A DNA stretch of 64,000 nucleotides from Eledone cirrhosa (taxonomy: Eukaryota): assembly GCA_964016885.1 (NCBI GenBank), contig CAXHJY010001630.1, forward strand, positions 1-64,000, in the 5' to 3' direction. Within the stretch, counting starts at the first letter, position 1. The number at the start of each line of letters is the position of its first letter. The position numbers were made by a program, and so were the translations under genes. Shown here piece after piece: positions 11,590 to 23,532 of this stretch. The notes beneath the pieces are model-generated. The model was not told the DNA's origin. It saw nothing but the letters and a program-made list of their open reading frames with translations, and did not search any database.

Positions 11590-12378
11590 TTATAGTACTG
11601 CATAGCTTACGAGGCCAATGCACCCTTCGACCTGAACGGGTCGTATTTCTGTATGTTGGTGGTGGGGGGACGAAGAAACACGTGTATGTGGCGAAGAAAA
11701 AGAAGGGAGCATTTGTGGTTCAAGTGTCACTGTGTCAGTGTCCAGATTGGCTCGTTTGAGGCGATCAATGGAAATAGTTTCCCTGGACCCCCTAATGTCT
11801 ACTTTGAAATGTTTCTCTGTACGAGCAAGCACACGATAGGGTCCAGAGTACGGCCGTGTCAGAGGGGTCTCACAGCGTCGTCTCTAACGAACACATGTGT
11901 CCACAAGGCAATATCCCTTGGGACGGCAGTTTTTACAGTTTGCTTCCTAGTGTCCATCGGTGGTAAATCTTGGAAGTAAGAATGAAGCCGGGACACGTAG
12001 GAAGCGGGATCCTGCGAAGCAAGATCAACAGGAGCAAGCATTTGCCCCGGTAACGCAAGAGGAGTACCATAAATCAATTCGGCCGGGGAGAACCCAAGGT
12101 CCACCTTTATTGTCGACCGAATACCTAACAACACAATAGGTAGGTACTCACTCCAACGTGAAGAGTCCATTGAAACCCTTAAAGAGGCTTTAAGCTGTCT
12201 GTGGAATCTTTCCACCATTCCGTTTGATGCTGGCTGATATGCCGTGGTTCTTATGCAAGTAGCGCCAATAATTTGTGTTAATTCACGGAAGAGGTTCGAT
12301 TCAAATTGACGACCGCGGTCCGTTATGGTGGTTGGTACTCCAAAACGAGCGATCCATGCAGATACAAGGGTACGCGTT
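11590..12378 (-). pseudogene. gypsy integrase core and C-terminus
   Basis: [41 protein letters not shown]; internal stop at 11859. Confidence 0.92.
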
Positions 12379-13930
12379 AGGAAAAGTACCTAGCTAAAAG
12401 TAAGCCACTCTACTTGGCATTTGTCGACCTTGAGAAAGCCTTTGACAGAGTTCCACGTGCAGTAATCTGGTGGGCTCTTAGAAAACTAGGAGTAGATGAA
12501 TGGCTTGTGAAAGCGGTACAAGCCATGTATAGGGGAGCAGTCAGCAAAGTTAGGATTAGCAATGAGTATAGCGAGGAATTTAGCGTACAGGTTGGGGTCC
12601 ACCAGGGCTCTGTTCTTAGCCCTCTCCTGTTCATCATAGTCCTGCAGGCAATAACGGAGGAGTTTAAGACCGGATGCCCATGAGAACTCCTGTATGCTGA
12701 TGACCTCGCACTTATAGCTGAATCTATGGTAGAACTAGAGAATAAATTCCAAACCTTGAAGCAGGGACTAGAGAGAAAGGGCCTCAAAGTCAACATGACA
12801 AAGACTAAGGTCCTTGTAAGTAGACGAGAAAACAGAACCCAGATCCCCTCAGAGAAATGACCTTGCTCAGTATGTAGGAAAGGTGTAGGTAGGAACTCCA
12901 TTCTCTGCCCCAAATGCAAACAATGGGTACACAAGAGATGTAGCGGGATCTCAGGAAGCTTAATTAAGAATGTAGGATTCACATGCAGCAGCTGTGCTGA
13001 AACAGCAAGCAAACAGCCACAGGAAACAAGTACCACCAATCTCTGGGAGGGCCCTGTAGAAACAGTAGACAGCTTCTGCTACCTAGGTGACCGAATTAGC
13101 AACGGAGGTGGGTGCTCAGAAAGTACAATAACTAGGGTAAGAACGGGATGGAAGAAGTTTAGGGAACTACTACCACTGCTAGCTGAAAGGCAGACTGTAT
13201 GATGCGTGTATCCGAACAGCGATGTTGCATGGTAGTGAGACCTGGGCGCTGAAGGTGGAAGACTTACGTAGATTAGAGAGAAACGAAGCCTGCATGCTCC
13301 GATGGATGTGTAACAGTAATATACGTGAACGACAAAGCATAAAGGAATTGAGAGAGAGACTGAACATAAGAGGAATCAAATGCTGCATGCAGGAGAGGCG
13401 GTTACGCTGGTATGGACATGTGATGCGTATGAAGGATGACAGCTGCATAAAAAGGTGCAGAGCACTAGAAGTTGATGGAAACCGCGGAGTGGGGAGACCC
13501 AAGATGACTTGGGATGAGGTGATAAAAGCCGACCTTACCCAACTACACCTCTCAAAGTCAATGACACACGACCGTGACTTCTGGCGTCACGCAGTAATAC
13601 AGGGTACCCAACCTCCCATGGGTACATGCTGAAGCATATAAACAATATGCCCCCACTCCCCCCACCGCAAGGTGGTCGTGGAGGTGCCACGGCAAAAAAA
13701 GCACCCAGCCCACACTGTAAAGTGGACGTGTAGGCGCCACGAAAAAGCACCCAGCACTCACTGTAAATGAGGTTGGTGTTAGGAAGGGCATCCAGCTGTA
13801 GAAATCAAGCCAGATCAGTTCCTGTATGAGCAAGGCATGGTCAGCCGACCAGACACTGCCCACAAAAGGACAACCCGTCTAACCCATGCTAGCGTGGAAG
13901 AACGGACGTAAAACGGTGATGATGATGATG
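12379..13930 (+). mobile_element. RTE LINE (second subfamily) nested in the gypsy integrase
   Basis: AFVDLEKAFDRV, GVHQGSVLSP, YADD; stops and a deletion; (TGA)n tail. Confidence 0.93.
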
Positions 13931-16093
13931 AACTTTTGACAAGCGACACAGGAACGGCACCAAGCAGCAATGTCATGTCTCATATCAGGCCAGAAAAATC
14001 TGGCTGTTATGAGTTTTACCGAGGCTGTAGCTCCTGGGTGAGAAATGCCATGCAAAGCGAGAAATACAGTTCGTCGATGACCAACTGGGACGAGAGGTCG
14101 TGGTGAGTCCAATGAGATATCACAAAGTATCTGTCCGTCTGCGGTTGATAAAGGAAGGTATTTCATATTGCAGTTAATGAACTCCGGCGATGTGCAATCC
14201 AATGATTCAAGCGAGGGTTGGTCAATGGCCATTTGAGGCAAAACTATATCGTTAGACGACGAGATCGAAGCTATCGGGAGACGAGACAAGGCGTCTGCCG
14301 CAGTGTTCAAAGCACCCGGAATATGTTGAATATCATTGGTGTATTGGGAAACAAAATCCAGATGTCTAGTTTCCCTAGGCGAATATTTGTCAGATTTTGA
14401 TCTTAAAGCGAAAATCAACGGTTTGTGATCTGTGAAAATAGTGAACGCTCTCCCGTCCAGAACATGGGAGAAATGTTTCACAGATAAATAAATTGCTAAA
14501 AGCTCACGCCCGAAAGTACTATAACGATTTTCGGCAGGCTTTAGCTTTCTCGAAAAAAATTCCAGTGGTTGTTGTAAACCATCGCACTTCTGTTGCAAGA
14601 CTGCGCCCACGGCGGTATCCGACGCATCAACACAGAGCGATAGCTCGGCGTTGGGTACTGGGTGGGCGAGCAAAGACGCGCTCGCTAACGCCTTTTTCAC
14701 TTTTTTAAAATCCTCAAGCTGCGTTTTATTTAAGGAAATGTCCATATTCTTACGCCGGCAATTTTTAAAAATTTCTGTCAACGAGAACAGCAAGTTGGAA
14801 CAATTAGGTACGAATCGCCTATAAACATTAACAAGGCCTAACAATTGACGCAATTGTCGCAGTGAACTTGGCGGAGGCAAATCCGATACTGCCTTAACCT
14901 TCTCAGGAAGAGGTCGAATACCATCGGCGTCAATCAGATGGCCTAAAAATGTTAGTGAAGTCGAGCCGAAAACACACTTGGAAGCATTAATACGAACATT
15001 ATATCTCTGTAAACGACGAAATACGAGATCCAGATGCTTTGAATGCTGCTCAGGAGAAGAACTAGCAATCAACACATCATCGATATACGTGTACACAAAA
15101 TCCAGGCCCCGAGTAACATCATCTATAAATCGTTGGAAGGTACTAGCCGCATTTCTTGGCCCGAAAGGCATAGTAAGGAACTCGAAAGATCCAAAAGGAG
15201 TGGCAATAGCAGTCTTTGGAATATTCTCCTTTTTAACTGGAATCTGATTATAAGCACAAATGAAATCGAGCTTAGAAAAAATTGTGCAACCTTGTAATGA
15301 AGAAGCGAAATCCTGCAAATGCGGGATTGGATAATGGTCAGGCACAGTAATCGCGTTTAAGCGTCGGTAGTCACCCGTCGGTCTCCAATCACCAGAAGAT
15401 TTAAGTACCATATGTAGAGGCGATGCCCAAGGACTTGTGGAACGCTGAATTATTCCTAATTCCAGCATGTGGTCGAATTCAGACCGTGTAGATTTCAACT
15501 TCTCTGCAAATAATCTTCGAGGACGTGAGAAGACAGGTGCACCTGTAGTGGATATAAAGTGTTCAATCACATGATCCGGACTAGCAATTTGTAATCTTCC
15601 TTGCGTCAGCTGTGGGAATGATTTTAACAAACTGTGATACTGGTTGCCCACTTCAGCCAAAAAACAGCAGGGCTTACTGTGGCGATCTCCGGCTTTGAAC
15701 CCTCGAACGATAGGCCTGTATTAGCATCAAAAAGTCGTTGTCTGCGGATGTCAATCGACAAGGAAAAATGGTGGAGAAAATCCGCTCCCAAAATGGCGTA
15801 TGGCAAGTCGGCGATAGTAAACTTCCACTTCAATTCACGACGCAAATTTTTTAACCGAAGAGGAAGCGAAATTTGCTCGTACGCTCGAATGGCCGTGTGG
15901 TTGACTGCTCGTAAATTTATATTTGATTCAGATGGGGTTTTTTGAGATAACTGACTGGCCAAATACTCAGCGACGCGCCAGTATCGACAAGGAAAAATTT
16001 TTTCGACCGCAGGTCGTATACGAAAAGATGGCGGTTCGGTCGATTTTCCCAGAGTTCACTAGCCGCCCCTAGTGGCTCTGCTTTGCGTTTTCC
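13931..16093 (-). pseudogene. gypsy pol, 5' part: protease (LVDTGA), RT (YIDD), RNase H, integrase HHCC; frameshifted
   Basis: ORFs 15624-15962 and 13879-15660; DTGA read manually near 15975-15990; two frameshifts in or after the protease. Confidence 0.93.
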
Positions 16094-17237
16094 GATCTCT
16101 TGTAATTACAGGGCGTGCGACAACGTTGTGCCCTACTGCCGAAGTTAGCATGATACCAACAAAACGAAGAATTATTGTTGTCTGCGTTGTAGTGCTGGCG
16201 ATGAATAGAAGACGGCAGCGAACGGTACTCGTAGCGGTTTCGAGGAATAGCAGACGGGAGGCGAACGGTACTCGTAGCAGTTTCGAGGAATAGCAGACGG
16301 AGGCGAACGGTACTCGTAGCGGTTTCGAGGAATAGCAGACGGAGGCGAACGGTACTCGTAGCGGTTTCGAGGAATAGCAGACGGGAGGCGAACGGTACTC
16401 GTAGCGGTTTCAAGGAATAGCAGACGGGAGGCGAACGGTACTCGTAGCGGTTTCGAGGAATAGCAGACGGGAGGCGAACGGTACTCGTAGCGGTTTCGAG
16501 GAATAGTAGACGGAGGCGAACGGTACTCGTAGCAGTTTCGAGGAATAGCAGACGGGAGGCGAACGGTACTCGTAGCGGTTTCGAGGAATAGCAGACGGAG
16601 GCGAACGGTACTCGTAGCGGTTTCTGTGTTTTACGGTCAAATCCTCCACTTTTTGGGTAAGCGCTTCGATCATCTCCAACAGTTTGCTGTCGGCCACAGA
16701 AGATTTGCGTGGGGGAACAGAAGAAGAAGCCACACAAGGATTATGCCGACTGCTGTTAGAGTCCACCTCTAGTATTCTATCCGCGAATGCGGCAAGTTGA
16801 TCTAACGATTCCCTCTCCAAATTATTGACCAAGACCATCTGCGCACTTGGCGGTAAACGAGAGAAAAATAGTTGTTTGAGGAATGGGGTGTCCATCCCCT
16901 GGGAGTCGCTCAATTCCCGCAGATGTCGCAAATAGGAGCTTGGCGTCCTGTCACCCATTTGCGCATCATCTAACAATTCCCGAAAACGACTTTCCGCTGA
17001 CTTGATATTCCTCCGAATAATTTCCCCTTTCAACGAGCCATAAGTAACGTCTGCGGCTAAATTGGTTACCACATCCTTCACGGAATATGCCAACGATACA
17101 GGCAAGCCACTAACTAGTACCTTCAGTTTATGCTGTTCTTTGGTTTTGGTTAAATCAAAATAGCATTCAAGCTGCAAAAACCATAACTTGATGTCGCCTG
17201 CGAAGGACGGCAAATGATGTGGATTCATGATGCCCAA
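16069..17237 (-). pseudogene. gypsy gag, frame-disrupted by an internal minisatellite
   Basis: N-part LPSF...LWFLQLECYF and GDRTPS; C-terminal CWYH...C..PC motif lies in a different frame. Confidence 0.85.
16218..16624. repeat. 42/43-nt tandem repeat in gag (9 units plus a partial)
   Basis: gcgaacggtactcgtagcggtttcgaggaatagcagacgg(g)ag. Confidence 0.95.
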
Positions 17238-17878
17238 AGATTTGATGAATTTTTAAGGCCAAATTATTTCTTCGAAGCAGCTATGCAACCAAAAAATGAC
17301 ACTGGAATCCAAAATCTTATTCACGCGAATTCAACTGAAATTCTTTTTGAAAATTCTCGCCGGCCAAAATAAAATTTGCATAATAAAAAAAATTATTTTC
17401 CATGAAAATTATTTGGTAAGAAAATCCCAAGATGGCTGATTGAAAAATGTGTTTGTGATGAAGAAGCCGTAATGTGGCACGATGCAGCCAATCAGATGGC
17501 TGGGATTGAAGAAGACAAGCTGTACGCGGGGGGGAAAACAAAATTTTGAGTCTCCATTTTGTTATTTTAACAGAAGGTTGAAAGCAAAATTTTATATCCA
17601 GAGAAATCCTTTTTTTTTTTTTCTTTTTTAAAGAGAGAAGTTGATGCAAAAGGAAAAATATTGTTCACTCAAAGACAAGATACCAAAAAACAACGGGCCT
17701 GAATTCCATATATATATGTGCAGCGTCGCACACTTTGTACATAAAATAAATATCATTGTTGATAAAACGCTGGATGAGTTATGATAAATTTTTTGGGTTT
17801 TTATCTAACTATGCTTGCAAGGCAGGTCAGAAGGAGATACAATTCAGCAATACAGAAGAATTTTAAAAGTTGTTCTTA

Positions 17879-17891
17879 GTCGGGGTCACCA
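17879..17891 (-). promoter_or_regulatory. Primer-binding site TGGTGACCCCGAC (tRNA-Trp)
   Basis: 1 nt after the 5' LTR; complementary to the tRNA-Trp 3' end GTCGGGGTCACCA. Confidence 0.85.
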
Positions 17892-17892
17892 A

Positions 17893-18318
17893 TTTACAAA
17901 AAATGATATATCGTCCAGGTGTGTGAATGACATCTCATCTCTCTAAGATTATTAATTAAAACAGAAGGGCTTTAACGATAACAAGGCTAATCTTTTATTA
18001 AATGATTCATTTAACAAAACACAACATAATAATTACATTCATAGGACATACCCTGCAAGCTAAACGGCAATGGCTTAATTCTTACATTCAAGAAGAGATA
18101 TGAAAATCTCTTGGTCAAAAACAGGCGTTTTTACAAAGTACGTCCTTGTGGCAGGACAAAGGCGACTGGAATTGAAAACCAAATCTCTTGAGTTTTACAT
18201 TGGCGTCTCTTCTTTTAGAGAACGCCGAGATAAGGGAAGTAATTAGCTATTTTTGTGTTACCCACAGATGGCGACACTGCGTTGCTATAGTCAACACACT
18301 GTCGCCATAGTTACTACA
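17893..18318 (-). repeat. 5' LTR (426 bp, TGTAGTAAC...TTTGTAAA)
   Basis: Direct repeat of ~10720-11118; followed by the primer-binding site; AATAAA at 17994-17999. Confidence 0.9.
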
Positions 18319-18945
18319 ATTCCATTAAAGAAATATATTTCACCAATTAATCGAATGGTAAACCACGGATGCCGATACTTGGATTTTCAACAAAGAAGAA
18401 GTTTCAGCGATCTATGTTTACACTTCAAGTTCAAATCAGCGACTGGCCAGCAACACGTGCTGTATCTACTAGAAATACACACATCATACCAGCTTCGTCC
18501 CAGTGGACGTGTTGCTGGCCAGTCGCTGATTTGAACTTGAAGTGTAAATATAGATCGCTGAAACTTCTTCCTTGTTGAAAATCCAAGTATCGGCATCCGT
18601 GGTTTACCATTCGATTAATTGGTGAAATATATTTCTTTAATGGAATATATACAGGGAAGATTAATCATATTATAAGGTATCTATTTTTGAAGTTCTGGTT
18701 AACTTTATTTAGTTACCTACCTAGCTATGTGTGCTTACACACTTGCAAAAATTATCTCCTGTGATTATTCATGTTTATTTATATGTTAATCAATTTCTAG
18801 TTATTATAAAATGCTCGGACCTATTCGTTAGAATCTTAGAGCTTATTTTGCGGGTGATATAGCGCATGTCTTTCTGGCATGACACCCATAATTTTGATTT
18901 AGATTAAATTCATTTTGATTTATCTTAATTTTGGATATAGATATA

Positions 18946-21095
18946 TCATCATCAACGTTTAACGTCCGTGTTCCACGCTTGCATGGGTTTGGACGGGGGT
19001 AGTCCCACTTGAGGCAAGAGTGATTGTCTTGCTCGCATAGGACTGTCTGGCAGGTTTTCTACAGTTGGATGCCCTTCCTAACACCAACCACATTTACAGT
19101 GTGGGTCTGGGAGGTTTTTACCGTGTTGCCTACACGGCCACATTACAGCGTGGACTGTGTGTTTTTTTGTCGTGACACCTACACGATCTCATTTGTTTCG
19201 GCCTCGATGGCGCGGCACCAACATAACTTTACATAGAACGGGGTGGTGTGGATCGGGTGGGGGTGGTGGTGGTGGGACGGGGTGTATTTTGTTAGAGATG
19301 CCTACTGGCTGGAGTAGGTTTTACTATATATTTAGGTAAGGCGGGTCTTCTCTGTTACTGAGTACCGCCAAAGGTCTCGGTCCAGTGACATTGTCTTGGA
19401 GAGGTGTAAGTGTGTGATGTCGGAGTTTATCAGCTCGTCCCAGGTTTTTCTAGGTCTGCCTATTCCGTGACTACCGTCTATCTTTATTGCCCTGCACTTT
19501 GTTATACAGCTATCGACTTTCATGCGCATCACGTGTCCATACCAACGTAGCCTTCTCTCGAGTAAACAACATCTGATCCCTCTTATCTCTAATTTTTTCC
19601 TTAGTTCGTTTATGCTTTGCCGTTCACGTATATTACTGTTACACATCCAGCGGAGCATGCAAGCTTCGTTCCTCTCTAGTCTGCGTATATCCTCTGCACA
19701 CAATGCCCAGGTCTCACTGCCATGCAGCATTGCTGTTCGTATGCAGGCATCGTACAACCTGCCTTTCATTTTTAGTGAGAACCCTTTAGCAGCTAATAGT
19801 GGTATAAGCTCTCTGAACTTTTTCCAACCAGTTCTGACTCTAGCTACAGTACTTTCAGAGCACCCTCCCCCACTGCTGATTTTATCGCCCAGGTAACGGA
19901 AGCTGTCCACTATTTCTATAGAACCCTCTGCGCAATTGAAAGAGCTAGTAGTTTGTGGGCACTTGCTGCTACTTATTGCACCAGAGCACCGGCCACATGT
20001 AAAATCTATGTTCTTAGTTAGCTTACCTGTGATCCCACTACATCTTTTATGCACCCATACTTTGCATTTAGGACATAAAATGGAGTTTCTACCTACGCCT
20101 TTCCTACACACCGAGCACGACCATTTCCCAGAAGGGACCGCCGCCTTGTTTTCTTTCCTACAAACTAGTACTTTGGTCTTAGCCAGGTTAATTTTAAGTC
20201 CTTTTGACTCTAGGCCGTGCTTCCATGTTTGGAATTTCTTCTCTAGCTCGGCCATTGATTCCGCTATGAGTGTCAGGTCGTCTGCGTATAGGAGTTCCCA
20301 TGGGCAGCCTGTCTTGAACTCCTCTGTTATAGCCTGAAGGGCAATAATAAATAGTAGTGGACTGAGAACAGAGCCCTGATGGACGCCAACTTTTACGCTA
20401 AACTCTTCACTATATTCGTTGTTAATTCTAACCTTGCTGACTGTTTCTTTATACATGGCTTGTATAGCCCTCACAAGCCATTCGTCAACGCCTAGTTTTC
20501 TAAGAGCCCACCAGATAATGGAGCGGGGGACTCTGTCGAAGGCTTTCTCCAAGTCGACAAAAGCTAAGTAGAGGGGTTTACCTTTAGCTAGGTACTTCTC
20601 CTGTAGTTGTCGTACTATGAAAAGAGCGTCTGTGGTACTTTTGCCTGACACAAACCCGAACTGCATTTCATCTAGGTCAATTCTCTCTCTGATTAGTTGC
20701 GCTATTACTTTTTCCGTGACCTTCATGACCTGGTCGATTAATTTAATGCCTCTATAGTTACTCCTATCTAGGGCGTCTCCTTTACCCTTATAACAGTTAA
20801 CGATGATGTTGCTATGCCAGTCCTTCGGAACAACCCCATTCTGTACGACTTGGTTAACTATGCGGGTGACCATGGTGTGTCCCACCGTGCCAGATGCCTT
20901 CAGCATCTCAGCAACTATTTCCGAAGGCCCAGCCGCCTTACCAGTCTTCATACCCTTGATTGCCTTACTTATTATACTCCCCTCGACTAACACTGCTGGT
21001 CCCTCTATTGGGTCGATATGGGGGAGACTGCCTTTCTCCCAATTATTCTCCTCATTTAGTAGCCTTTCATAGTGACACTTCCAAGCTACCTTCTT
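18946..21095 (-). mobile_element. 5'-truncated RTE LINE with an uninterrupted RT ORF (19332-20993, 553 aa)
   Basis: All RT motifs (NYRGIKL, QFGF, FVDLEKAFD, QGSVLSP, YADD, YLG) plus a PHD-type finger; flanked by (TA)n. Confidence 0.95.
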
Positions 21096-21574
21096 ATCAT
21101 ATGTATATATATATATATATATATCAGTAACTCTTTAAAATTTACACATCCTAATGCACAATGTATTTCCTATATCAATCACATTGCTACAATAAGACTC
21201 ATTTTCCAATCACAAGATCCTGGGTTCTAACCTTATATTTGTCCCTAAAAATAGTTATTTCTCCAATGATAATCAGACATTTAATCATGTGTTATTTATA
21301 CATATATGCTGAACATTATGTAATTATATCCTAGAATTAAATTATTGAAACATCATTCTCATCTTTAATAACTTCAACATAAACCATAGGGTTTCTCTTG
21401 TGCAAATCATTTATCGAAATCCAAATTTCATAGTTTGTATGATTATTCATATATCCAGTAATCCTGGTATATATTGCATACCAAGCAACCCTGGACTTCA
21501 AAAATTAAATATATTGAATGCTAATGCTAGCTCTACTAGTAAATAAATAATGAAAAAAAATATATAATTCTTAC

Positions 21575-21718
21575 ATTTCTTTTTATCAGAAATTCTTGGT
21601 TTGGTTGTATTCTGAATGGAGTCAAAGTGGTTAGCATGGACAAATAATTCATAATTATTCTCAAGCTGCTTTTGGCTGCTAAATAAATTGTTAACTTGTT
21701 GATCATCAGACAATGAGA
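21575..21718 (-). CDS. PIKFYVE: PIKfyve exon 10 (linker)
   Basis: Pyrimidine tract and TAG acceptor, GTAAG donor, 144 nt, phase 1/1, open frame. Confidence 0.7.
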
Positions 21719-22659
21719 CTAGAAAGAAAGTAAAGAATTTTATTAATTATTTTAATAAAAATCAAACAAAGAAATGTAGAGCTATGAGGAATACATTACT
21801 GGTCTAATGAGTAAGATGAGGTCACTCTAATCCTAGCTGGTCTCAGACCATAACCCATCAAACCCATGCCAGTGAAGAAAACAGACGTGAAATGATGCTC
21901 ACGATAAGGACAATATTGAAGTTGTTGTTGATGATAATGATGAGGGTGGTGGTGATAGTGATTGTGGTGGTGATAGTGGTTGTGGTGGTGGCAGCGGCGG
22001 CGGTGGTGGTGGTGGTGGTGGTGGTGGTATGGCACTAGCTTTAGGTTTGGTAGATCAGTAGATACTTTCTGACTGCTTCCCCAACTTCAACATATAGGGA
22101 ATCACAACATTGTTAATGATTCATTGGCTGATGAAAATACCAACCACAATAATGTCATAATTAATCATCATTATTGGCCCATAACTCTGGATGAGTACTT
22201 TAAAGCTGGCAGACCCCATCCCACTCTAGATCTGAACACAGCAATTTCTTCCAGACAGAAGGAGAATGGGGAGAAGAGAAAGTGATATAGAGGAAGAATC
22301 AACCCCAGTACTGGAACGGTACTTTATTTACCAGCCTCGAAAGGATGAAAGATGAAGTTGATCTTGGCAGGAGTTGAACTCAGAACGTGGAAAGCTAGAA
22401 CAAATACCACAAGACATTCTATTTGAAGTTCTAATAACCCTGGCCAATTTGCTGCTTATCTATAATTGGTACATAGTAAGAGTCCTTCTGACCACTTGTT
22501 TGACAAGTTTTACATGGTTAGATATTCCTCCTATAAGCCACAATAGCACCATAATTAATACATAGTATATAAATACAACCAGTAGTACACACTGACCATT
22601 CAGTTGCCACAGCAATCAGTAAATCATTTCACTATTTGTAGGAGATCCTAAAAACTTAC

Positions 22660-22780
22660 TGTTAATACTTTCATCTTCATATTCCTTGTTGTTGATTTCT
22701 TTCAACCAGGATGGTTCAAAGTTTGTTTCAACACAAGGAGGTATGTTGGGAGGTGGGGTCTGCTCCAAAATTGTGGCTGC
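22660..22780 (-). CDS. PIKFYVE: PIKfyve exon 9 (AATILEQTPPP...EPSWLKEI)
   Basis: CAG acceptor, GTAAG donor, phase 0/1; PSWxKEI resembles the post-DEP motif. Confidence 0.87.
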
Positions 22781-23532
22781 CTGAAACAGAATAAAGAAAT
22801 ATATATTTAACATAAAAATAGATGACTCTGATGTTTGCACTCCACTCAAACTATTAATCCTACAAGAGTAATGACTGTACACACTACCTTACTACTCAAT
22901 ATTGTCTCTGTTGATTCAAGGTAAAATAATAAAAAGAGTGAATAGAAGAGAGAGAGCAGTGACAGAAGTGTAGTGGAACTACGTCGTACCTCACAATAGC
23001 AACATTTTCATATGCAATAAGGTTAAACAAACCAATTGTAGGTCACGTATGAATACATTGTCACCTTCTTGTGGAAATCACCGTACAGGAGAAGAGAAGG
23101 AGATGAAGCGGACTGCGAAAGTGAGAAGACTTACTACAGGTTGACTCCTGCTATATTTTTTCCATAATCCTGTTAAAAGGAATAGAACATTCTATTTTGT
23201 GTCAATTGTTCTTCTACGGCTGATCTACTATTGAGATATTCTATTGCCTGTACGAAAAATCAACTTTCGACAATAAACTTATATTTATAGAGGATTGAGC
23301 GTTAAAGAGATATTTATTTATATCCTGGAAGTCAGAAGTATGTCGTTGCAAGTATGAAGCAACAAACTCATTGACTAAGGTATTTTTCTTATAATCGTTT
23401 GTAAAAACAAGATCCTTGGAAGATTTCAACTTGTAGTTGTGAAAAGATATAAGTAATATTTAACTCCTCATCCTTCCCATAGAAGTATCTGGGTTGGTGA
23501 AGGGTGTAAAGGTTTGATATAACTAACTTTAA

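Larger units (their letters stand above)
10517..18318 (-). mobile_element. Ty3/gypsy LTR retrotransposon, defective, 4-bp target-site duplication ATTC
   Basis: Two LTRs, primer-binding site, gag-PR-RT-RH-IN order; ATTC at 10513-10516 and 18319-18322. Confidence 0.95.
10351..18808. mobile_element. Foldback/MITE-like palindromic element (~300-bp arms, 48-nt loop) split by the gypsy insertion
   Basis: 10351-10516 joined to 18323-18458 is the reverse complement of 18507-18808. Confidence 0.85.

Noticed and set aside
11119-11590. env-like third ORF in the gypsy element
   Set aside because: Only short low-complexity ORFs in an A/T-biased 3' UTR; no signal peptide plus long ectodomain.
19332-20993. 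Active autonomous LINE or domesticated RT gene
   Set aside because: The ORF is intact but 5'-truncated (no endonuclease or promoter); best read as a young insertion.
19522-21072. Antisense ORFs over RTE copies (also 12410-13039, 1282-1941)
   Set aside because: Shadow ORFs of the RT frame with no independent motifs.
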